From the IMG/VR virus record IMGVR_UViG_3300042868_013143, positions 1-52,935 of that record: a DNA stretch of 52,935 bases, one strand, 5' to 3'. Every line of letters begins with the position of its first letter. Within the stretch, counting starts at the first letter, position 1. Under the pieces are notes generated by a model that had not been told where the DNA came from, ran no database searches, and saw only the letters and a program-made list of their open reading frames with translations. The position numbers were made by a program, and so were the translations under genes. This DNA comes from a virus. Its lineage: Duplodnaviria > Caudoviricetes. Positions 39,066 through 45,779 of the stretch are shown here, one piece after another.

Positions 39066-39880
39066 AATACGAAATTAAGGAAACAATACTTTATTTAGAC
39101 AATGTAAGTGTTGCATACGATGGAAAGACAATTATAAAAGATATTACTCTTTGCGAAAAAGATGTAATCTCTGCAGGAAAGGTGGTTGGTCAAACCATTG
39201 CTATTGTTGGAAGATCAGGAAGAGGAAAGTCAACTTTATTTAAAGCATTGACTGGCCTTGTGAAACCAACAACAGGTCAAGTTTTAATTACAGATGTCAA
39301 TAGTGATATTAAAGATGATGCGAAGCTTGTATCTGAAGGAGATGTTGGTTTTGTAGATCAAAAATATACACTATTCCGTCATAAAACAATTCAGCAAATT
39401 TGTAACTTTGCACTTCGTAAGAAGAATATAAGCAAAGAAGAAAAGGCAAGTATGATTGATAAGTATTTGACTGATTGGGGGTTGTTCGAGCATAAAGATA
39501 AATATCCTTGTGAACTTTCGGGTGGTCAAAGACAAAGAACTGCAATCATTGAACAAATTCTTTCTTCTGGTCATTTTATGGTTTTTGATGAGCCATTCAG
39601 CGGTCTAGATGTTGGAAACATTCAAAACGTAAAAAACTCATTCAGCTTAATTCAGCAAAGTCATGAGTTGAATACAATTATCTTCTCCACTCACGATATA
39701 AATTTGGCAGTTGAATTGGCTGATAGTATTTATGTGATTGGACATAAAGATGGTTGTAAGGACTATAGTACAATTGTTAAGCATTATGACCTTAAAGAGA
39801 TGGGTTTGGCTTGGGAAGATTTTAGTCCAAAACATTTAAAACTAGTAGAAGAAATTAAATCAGTATTATTAAATTCATAA
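39062..39880 (+). CDS. ABC transporter ATP-binding protein
   Basis: GRSGRGKST, LSGGQRQR, FDEPFSGLD, STHD. Confidence 0.94.
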   Translation: MKYEIKETILYLDNVSVAYDGKTIIKDITLCEKDVISAGKVVGQTIAIVGRSGRGKSTLFKALTGLVKPTTGQVLITDVNSDIKDDAKLVSEGDVGFVDQKYTLFRHKTIQQICNFALRKKNISKEEKASMIDKYLTDWGLFEHKDKYPCELSGGQRQRTAIIEQILSSGHFMVFDEPFSGLDVGNIQNVKNSFSLIQQSHELNTIIFSTHDINLAVELADSIYVIGHKDGCKDYSTIVKHYDLKEMGLAWEDFSPKHLKLVEEIKSVLLNS

Positions 39881-39883
39881 ATC

Positions 39884-41326
39884 ATGGCAGAAGAAAAATC
39901 AAAATCAAAAAATCAAAGAGACATTATCGTTAGTGTAATGAGATCAAAATTTAATGAATATTCAGATTCTGAGTTATATCCATCAGCAGCATTAGGTGTA
40001 GAAATAAACTTATCAGAGTTGAAAAATGCTTGCAAGAATAGTTCTAGGTCAAAGATTGATCCAAACACAAAAAGCTTTAGACCATATAGTGTTGACTACG
40101 TTAAAAACGATGTACTTCCAAGTATGATATTGGAATATGGATTTAGTCAAAAAGAAAAAGGTCTAACAGTAAAAAGTGAAGCTGGAATGTTTGCAGTTAG
40201 GTTTACAGATAACTCTGTAATGATGTTTGCTCAACGAATAGTTGGTATGGGCAGAAATCAATCTGTTGAGACATATGCACTTGCAACAAGACAAACATTG
40301 AATAAATACTATTCATATCTTAACAGACAGGCTAAGATAAATTCAAAACCAAAAGTAGGACTATTTAAAATATCAGTAAAATCAAGTCCTATGGGAGATA
40401 GGCTAAATTATACTCCTATTAAAGGTAAAATGACTGAGAAGAAAGTCTATCACCAAAATAAAAAGCTTGTTGAAAATGATGTAGAACAATTCTTTGATAA
40501 CGTTAATTTGTATACACGATTCAATCAGCCTGGATCAAGAAGGCTATTATTGGTTGGAGAACCTGGTGGGGGTAAGACAAGTGCTGCAAATGAAATAGCT
40601 ATGAAACTGTCTGAAAAAATGTGTGTTGTAATCGCAACAGATTTAAAAGCTGTTATGATGCATACTTACAATATTTCAAAAGCAGAAATGCCAACACTTA
40701 TTATATTGGAAGACGCAGAATCAACAATTCCTTGGGGTAATTCAGATGTTCTTAATTACTTGGATGGAATTAATCAACCAAGAACAACAAAGGGTTGTTA
40801 TATGATTTTGACAACAAACTATCCTCAAAGAATCGAGCCGAGAGTTCTTAAAAGACCAGGTAGAATTGATAAGATTATTAAATTCGGAGTCCTAGACCAA
40901 GTAAATTCTATTATGTGTGCAAAGCATTATTTTGAAGGAATTTTGTTTGATTCAAATAAAGATAAAGCATCTACAGTAGAAGAAATGTTGAAACAGGTAT
41001 ATGAGAAGATTATTGCTGTTGATAATGAGACTGGAATGACAGGAGCTCAAATAAAAAACCTTTCAGAGGCAACAATTTCTTATGCAATATCTAATAACAC
41101 TGAAAAGATAAATATTGATACAATCATTGCTGTTAGAGATCAGTTAAGTAAAGATTTGAAAGATGTTTATGAAATGGCTGATGATGAAAGTATGAGCGCA
41201 AATAAGCCATCTCCAATTGGATTTGATATCTCAGACGGCAAGCGAAAAAATACATGGGAAGAATCTTTGGACTGGGATTCTATAATAAATCCAGAAAAAA
41301 GTAAAGGAAATGATTTGAGTTTTTAA
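39884..41326 (+). CDS. AAA+ ATPase
   Basis: GEPGGGKT, ILEDAE, LNYLDG, TTNYP, RPGRID; IGF near the C-terminus. Confidence 0.88.
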   Translation: MAEEKSKSKNQRDIIVSVMRSKFNEYSDSELYPSAALGVEINLSELKNACKNSSRSKIDPNTKSFRPYSVDYVKNDVLPSMILEYGFSQKEKGLTVKSEAGMFAVRFTDNSVMMFAQRIVGMGRNQSVETYALATRQTLNKYYSYLNRQAKINSKPKVGLFKISVKSSPMGDRLNYTPIKGKMTEKKVYHQNKKLVENDVEQFFDNVNLYTRFNQPGSRRLLLVGEPGGGKTSAANEIAMKLSEKMCVVIATDLKAVMMHTYNISKAEMPTLIILEDAESTIPWGNSDVLNYLDGINQPRTTKGCYMILTTNYPQRIEPRVLKRPGRIDKIIKFGVLDQVNSIMCAKHYFEGILFDSNKDKASTVEEMLKQVYEKIIAVDNETGMTGAQIKNLSEATISYAISNNTEKINIDTIIAVRDQLSKDLKDVYEMADDESMSANKPSPIGFDISDGKRKNTWEESLDWDSIINPEKSKGNDLSF

Positions 41327-41397
41327 AAAAAATTCATACTGATTATCAGACATTTAAATGATATTTTTATTTTTTTTAAAAAAAGTTTTGTTTTTTG

Positions 41398-41425
41398 TGT
41401 AACTTTTTTTAATTTTGTACGTATA
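41398..41425 (+). promoter_or_regulatory. TGTAAC-N16-CGTA promoter of tRNA operon 2
   Basis: Near-identical to the 23063 copy, including flanks. Confidence 0.78.
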
Positions 41426-41476
41426 AATTAAAGAAAACAAAATTTTATAACTATTTAGAATTAAAATCATTTAAAG

Positions 41477-41605
41477 ATGAAAACAGTATTAACATATACA
41501 GCAAATATCCCCGCTATGCCGATGAACGGCTTAGGGAATGGGTATGCCCCTGCCGATTATAGCTTGGGAGAAGCGAGTGTGTTATACTTTAAAGTAATCT
41601 TATGA
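41477..41605 (+). CDS. Attenuator leader peptide 2 (MKTVLTYTANIPAMPMNGLGNGYAPADYSLGEASVLYFKVIL)
   Basis: 14 of 17 codons at 41510-41560 are Pro/Ala/Met/Gly/Tyr/Asp; contains antiterminator strand 41570-41586. Confidence 0.78.
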   Translation: MKTVLTYTANIPAMPMNGLGNGYAPADYSLGEASVLYFKVIL

Positions 41606-41634
41606 TAGATTAGATTTAAATAAAAAAATATAAC

Positions 41635-41670
41635 AAAAGCTCGTTTCGAAAGATTCGAGCTTTTTTGTTT
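41635..41670 (+). terminator. Attenuator terminator 2
   Basis: AAAAGCTCG..TC-GAAA-GA..CGAGCTTTT plus T run. Confidence 0.82.
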
Positions 41671-41729
41671 TATAAACGTTTTTTGACATATTGGTGATGA
41701 AGTTGAAAGCTAACAAGGTTAGCAAATTT

Positions 41730-41805
41730 CTGGGTGTGGAGGAATTGGTGCCTCGCCTGCTTTGGGAGCAGGAGCTTAATGCAGGTTCGAGTCCTGTCAC
41801 CCAGA
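41730..41805 (+). tRNA. tRNA-Pro(UGG)
   Basis: CTGGGTG/CACCCAG, CCTGC-TTTGGGA-GCAGG, A73. Confidence 0.92.
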
Positions 41806-41815
41806 CAAATAAAAT

Positions 41816-41896
41816 GGCTACGGCGCATAATGGCTGGTGTACCCGACTGTCTATCGGGCGTGAATAACGTAGAGGGTTCGATTCCCTTCGTAGCCG
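41816..41896 (+). tRNA. tRNA-Asp(GUC) with extended variable arm
   Basis: GGCTACG/CGTAGCC, CCCGA-CTGTCTA-TCGGG, G73. Confidence 0.85.
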
Positions 41897-41942
41897 CAAA
41901 TAGCCTTAAATATCCAAGTAACCCCTTGGTGGCTTTATAAAC

Positions 41943-42025
41943 TGGAAGGTGGGTGAGTGGTTAAAACCAACAGACTGTAAATCTGTTCTCGCAAGGGTAC
42001 GGCGGTTCGAATCCGTCCCTTCCAA
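41943..42025 (+). tRNA. tRNA-Tyr(GUA)
   Basis: TGGAAGG/CCTTCCA, ACAGA-CTGTAAA-TCTGT, long variable arm. Confidence 0.92.
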
Positions 42026-42031
42026 CAACAA

Positions 42032-42125
42032 CTAGCGATGATCGAGAGGTTGAAGATGTCCGACTTGGAATCGGATGCGGGCACACAGTAGGTGTCTGCC
42101 GTGGGTTCGAATCCCGCTCGCTAGA
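42032..42125 (+). tRNA. tRNA-Pro(UGG) with long variable arm and A37
   Basis: CTAGCGA/TCGCTAG (C1-G72, A73), TCCGA-CTTGGAA-TCGGA, 8-bp variable stem. Confidence 0.8.
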
Positions 42126-42271
42126 CTAAATTTAAAAACAATTAAAATGATAGGTCAAGGAGGCAACAGCTTGGACGCCTGAGTAAACACGATAGGGTCG
42201 AGCTAAGAAAAAAAGAAATTGGAAGTAAGAAACATAGAAAGCTTAGAAAGTATTCTGATGGTTTTAATGAG

Positions 42272-42664
42272 ATGTTTACATTCTTCCTACAAGGTTACAG
42301 AAAGGGTCTGTTTAGTTTCTGCGGATCCATCGTTGTAACAGAATTTGATGTAAATGGAGATGAAGGCAAGTTTTGTTTCAGAAGATTAGAAAATGGAGAG
42401 TACAAACCTGGTGAAATTCCCAAGACAAGACATTCAAATATTTTAAAGGGTGTTATATCAGGAAAGAAGGGCTGGGGTTTGTGGGTTGATCAATGGTCAG
42501 ATGGAATTGTTGATTGGACATTTACAGAAGAGGAAATATTAAGTGAGTTTGAAAAGAGGAGTGTTAAAATCCCCGAACCACTTCTACGAGATTTCTACAA
42601 TAGAATCGATAAGAAGAAGAGAAAGAGAAACTTAGAGTACTTTGAAATGTTGAATAAAGAATAA
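42272..42664 (+). CDS. Hypothetical protein inside the tRNA cluster (start uncertain)
   Basis: Frame is open from 42146 but the first ATG is at 42272. Confidence 0.65.
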   Translation: MFTFFLQGYRKGLFSFCGSIVVTEFDVNGDEGKFCFRRLENGEYKPGEIPKTRHSNILKGVISGKKGWGLWVDQWSDGIVDWTFTEEEILSEFEKRSVKIPEPLLRDFYNRIDKKKRKRNLEYFEMLNKE

Positions 42665-42670
42665 TAAAAT

Positions 42671-42744
42671 GGGGCTATGGTGACAACTGGCTAACACGCT
42701 GCACTTGCACTGCAGAGATGGGGAATCATACTCCTCTAGCTCCA
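42671..42744 (+). tRNA. tRNA-Ala(UGC), atypical T loop
   Basis: GGGGCTA/TAGCTCC with G3-U70, CTGCA-CTTGCAC-TGCAG, T loop ATCATAC. Confidence 0.85.
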
Positions 42745-42800
42745 CTAACAGAAATGGTAATCCGATACCGCAAACTGAAAACTAAAGAAAATCGGAATAA

Positions 42801-42872
42801 GGGAGTATCGACAGGGTCTGGTCGTGTCTGTAAAACATCGCCTTATTGGTTCAATTCCAATTGCTCCCACCA
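42801..42872 (+). tRNA. tRNA-Tyr(GUA)-like, short variable loop, encoded CCA
   Basis: GGGAGTA/TGCTCCC-ACCA, TGT-CTGTAAA-ACA, ATTGG-TTCAATT-CCAAT. Confidence 0.7.
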
Positions 42873-42922
42873 AATGGTTGATTTTGTACTTTTTTTGACT
42901 ATTTATTTAGAAATAGATAGAT

Positions 42923-43543
42923 ATGCCAAGAAAAGAAAAGAAGTATCACTTCATTTATAAAACGACGAACTTATTGAGTGGTAAGTATTACATTGGAATG
43001 CACTCCACAGAAAACCTAGAAGATGGTTATTTGGGCTCAGGAAAAAGGTTGAGATATTCCATAAATAAATATGGTGCGGAAAACCATAAGAGAGAAATAC
43101 TTGAATTTGTTGACTCAAGAAAAGAGTTAATAAATAGAGAAAAAGAAATTGTTAATTTAGATGAAGTTGCAAAAGAGGAGTGCATGAACTTAATGGTTGG
43201 AGGTAAAGGTGGTTTTACACCAAACATTCAAAAAAAAGGTATTAGTGCTTGGTTAGATAAATACAAAGGAGGAGAAAGTCATAAAGAGTGGGCTAAAAAA
43301 GGCGGAATTAAGAGGTTTGAATTATATGGGATTCCAAAAAAATTCAAACCTGATTGGGTTGGCAGAAAACACACAGAAGAAACAAAAGAAAAAATGAGAA
43401 TTTCCAGCAAAGGTAAGAGTACTGGAAGTTTAAATTCACAATACGGAACTTTTTGGATTACGAAAGATGGGATTAACAAGAAAATAAAAAAAGAAGAATT
43501 AGATTTTTTTATCCAACAAGGATGGATTAGGGGTAGAAAATAA
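42923..43543 (+). CDS. SegB-like GIY-YIG homing endonuclease with NUMOD3 motif
   Basis: FIYKTTN..KYYIGMH..GYLGSG; GRKHTEETKEKM. Confidence 0.9.
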   Translation: MPRKEKKYHFIYKTTNLLSGKYYIGMHSTENLEDGYLGSGKRLRYSINKYGAENHKREILEFVDSRKELINREKEIVNLDEVAKEECMNLMVGGKGGFTPNIQKKGISAWLDKYKGGESHKEWAKKGGIKRFELYGIPKKFKPDWVGRKHTEETKEKMRISSKGKSTGSLNSQYGTFWITKDGINKKIKKEELDFFIQQGWIRGRK

Positions 43544-43549
43544 ATTAAT

Positions 43550-43622
43550 GCGGTAGTAGCTCAGTTGGTAGAGCACCGTCCTTCCAAGTCGGGGGTCGCA
43601 AGTTCGAGCCTTGTCTACCGCT
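43550..43622 (+). tRNA. tRNA-Gly(UCC)
   Basis: GCGGTAG/CTACCGC, loop CTTCCAA, U73. Confidence 0.92.
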
Positions 43623-43628
43623 CTAAAT

Positions 43629-43777
43629 AAGAGGCTATATAGATTTGTTACTTCTATGTGGAACAGTTGGCGCAAGCCTTCGCAGTGTTCGAATCCTGCT
43701 CCCCCGACGAGGTTTTAATTCGGGGGATAGCCAAGTGGTAAAGGCAACTGTAAGAATTACTTCTATGATTTCCTCTT
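43629..43777 (+). ncRNA. YrlA-like Y RNA (circularly permuted tRNA-like domain)
   Basis: Order is T arm, closed acceptor stem, D arm; terminal helix AAGAGG/CCTCTT; GTTACTTC motif. Confidence 0.7.
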
Positions 43778-43781
43778 AAAT

Positions 43782-43854
43782 GCGATAGTAGCTCAGTTGA
43801 TAGAGTACAACCTTGCCAAGGTTGGGGTCGTGGGTTTGAGCCCCATCTATCGCT
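43782..43854 (+). tRNA. tRNA-Gly(GCC) with A19-U56
   Basis: GCGATAG/CTATCGC, CAACC-TTGCCAA-GGTTG, U73. Confidence 0.9.
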
Positions 43855-43907
43855 CTAAAAATGTAGATTAATATAAGTAACAAAGCGGGTGAAAGTCCCG
43901 CAAACTT

Positions 43908-43979
43908 GCCGATGTCGTATAATGATAGTACGGGTCCCTCATAAGGACTAGGTTTAGGGTTTGATTCCCTTCATCGGTA
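43908..43979 (+). tRNA. tRNA-Met(CAU) elongator (or Ile2) with A19-U56
   Basis: GCCGATG/CATCGGT, GGTCC-CTCATAA-GGACT. Confidence 0.82.
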
Positions 43980-44052
43980 CAAAAATTACAATTTTTTTAA
44001 CATGACGTTTAAATTGGTGCAAAAATTACAATTTTTTTAACATCACCTTTAA
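43976..44052. repeat. Tandem direct repeat with a 40-nt period
   Basis: CAAAAATTACAATTTTTTTAACAT at 43980 and 44020, with matching flanks. Confidence 0.85.
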
Positions 44053-44646
44053 GTCCCCATCTCCTTTTATAATTCTATGGAAGGTATCTTTGGGAATAAA
44101 TATTTGTCCTTCTATTTTTATTGGCAATTTGTTGTCTATTTGAAACAGCCAATTAGTTTCACCAACAGCTTCTACGATTCTATCTTCTTTGTCTCTATGC
44201 CAAACCAGTTCTCCTGATTTTGTATCATTTGGAAATGTTCTGTATATGTTTCCGTTGTATTCTTCTTCTAGGAATTGTTTATTCACATCCACCACAAAAC
44301 CTTGACTTAAAATGTCTTTTCCAATAAGAATTGGATAGTTCATTTTCTCTCTATTGTTTAAGGTGAAATTACCAACAACTTCAACACCTTCAATTATAAC
44401 TTTTAATCTAACAGAGTATCTTTCACTGCCTTCTCCGTTGGAACTTTTTACAGATTTTTGTTTAAAATTTTTAAATTTAAAAATCTTTTTCAGAGAAAGT
44501 ATTTTGCAATATAAGACATCGTCTTTTACATAGCAATCATCACAATGAATAGAGCTAGAATCTGCACCAGTATCAACTTTTGCTAGGAAAGATTCATCTC
44601 CAAGTTTAGGAAATGTTATTTTTGTTATAGAACCTAATATATTCAT
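44026..44646 (-). CDS. RimK-associated/retropepsin-like protease fused to a cupin-like domain
   Basis: AKVDTGADSSSIH, R..M.YPILIG; then LVWHRD..E..FHRIIKG. Confidence 0.8.
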   Translation of the reverse strand: MNILGSITKITFPKLGDESFLAKVDTGADSSSIHCDDCYVKDDVLYCKILSLKKIFKFKNFKQKSVKSSNGEGSERYSVRLKVIIEGVEVVGNFTLNNREKMNYPILIGKDILSQGFVVDVNKQFLEEEYNGNIYRTFPNDTKSGELVWHRDKEDRIVEAVGETNWLFQIDNKLPIKIEGQIFIPKDTFHRIIKGDGDLKVMLKKL

Positions 44647-44649
44647 ATT

Positions 44650-45492
44650 TTACCACCACTTACCTCCACCAGAAAGACCTAGTTGTTTTGCATATCTAGG
44701 AAGTCTACAAGACCAATATCCAGGAGTTGTTCTGTCGTTCTTTTGTTCACAATTATGTCTGTCAGCAAATCTTTTTCTTGCTTTTGGATCTCTCAGTTTA
44801 ACAGCTAGATTTCCGCCGCCTGATTTTGCTCCAAATGAAACTTTCTTAATTTTACCAGTTTTAGGATTTCTGACATAAACATAGAATTTTTTAGAACCGC
44901 CTCTCTTTGGCTTTCCAACTTGTACATTTTTACCTTGATATTCAGCTTCGCTCAATAAAGGTTCGTCTTCAACTTCTTCAAATATAAAATTCAGCTTTAC
45001 TCTTTCACCATTTAAAACACAGAAATCTTCGTCGTGTTCTGAAATGATAAATTCATCATTTTCATTTAGGTCAATAATATCATTTTCAAAAAGATACTTT
45101 GCTTCAGAAATTAGATTGAAGTACTCTTCTGATCCATATCTAAATGCACACTCACTTAAAGAAATGCCATTGTCGATATGATATTTTAGATTTTCAGTAA
45201 CAAGACAATCTTGTTTAACATAAATAGGTCTAGACCACTCTTCGTACACTTCATTAAGTGCGCCAAAGTTTTGAACAGATTCGTTCTTTAATCCTTTCCA
45301 AATCTTACCAGCTCTACATTGAACAACTGCTCCAGAAGCATAAGCTGAAGGCCATCTATTGTATTTTCTCTTTGCGATTTTAATACATCTATCAGCTTTT
45401 TTCTTTTTGCTTCTTTTTTTCTTTCCTCTTCTTTCAGAAAGAATTTGTTCAAAAGCTTCTCTTATGATTTGTCTTATTTCTTTTTCTTCCAT
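44650..45492 (-). CDS. IRQIIRE-tagged basic multidomain protein of large phages
   Basis: WPSAYASGAVVQCR; KKFYVYV..KKVSFG..RHNC..GYWSC. Confidence 0.8.
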   Translation of the reverse strand: MEEKEIRQIIREAFEQILSERRGKKKRSKKKKADRCIKIAKRKYNRWPSAYASGAVVQCRAGKIWKGLKNESVQNFGALNEVYEEWSRPIYVKQDCLVTENLKYHIDNGISLSECAFRYGSEEYFNLISEAKYLFENDIIDLNENDEFIISEHDEDFCVLNGERVKLNFIFEEVEDEPLLSEAEYQGKNVQVGKPKRGGSKKFYVYVRNPKTGKIKKVSFGAKSGGGNLAVKLRDPKARKRFADRHNCEQKNDRTTPGYWSCRLPRYAKQLGLSGGGKWW

Positions 45493-45773
45493 GAGATACT
45501 ATCTTTACCTTTTTTCTTTTTCTTGCCTATTGAATTACAAGCACCTAGTGTAGGTCTGCAAGCAGGATATTTTCTATCAGCACCCCTACCAGCTTTATCT
45601 CTTCCACAAGGAACAAGTTTTCCTTTTTTGCTTGCTCTGCAATCAATCCAACCTTTGCCTTTGTTTCTAGCAAACCATCCGTGGAGACCTTGTTCTTTCT
45701 CTTTTTTGAAGATGCTTTCTTCAATTATTTGATAGAACATTTCTCTGATTATTTTTCTTACTTGCTTTTCCAC
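45474..45773 (-). CDS. VRKIIRE-tagged small basic Cys-containing protein
   Basis: GLHGWF..WIDC..PCGR..KYPACRP; GTG start. Confidence 0.75.
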   Translation of the reverse strand: MEKQVRKIIREMFYQIIEESIFKKEKEQGLHGWFARNKGKGWIDCRASKKGKLVPCGRDKAGRGADRKYPACRPTLGACNSIGKKKKKGKDSISWKKKK

Positions 45774-45779
45774 CTTTAA

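Noticed and set aside
42032-42125. tRNA-Ser(GGA), suggested by the long variable arm
   Set aside because: The 5-bp stem TCCGA/TCGGA fixes the loop as CTTGGAA, giving UGG; C1-G72 and A73 fit Pro.
41600-42960. Track ORFs 41600-41899, 41734-41940 and 42718-42960
   Set aside because: They overlap tRNA genes.
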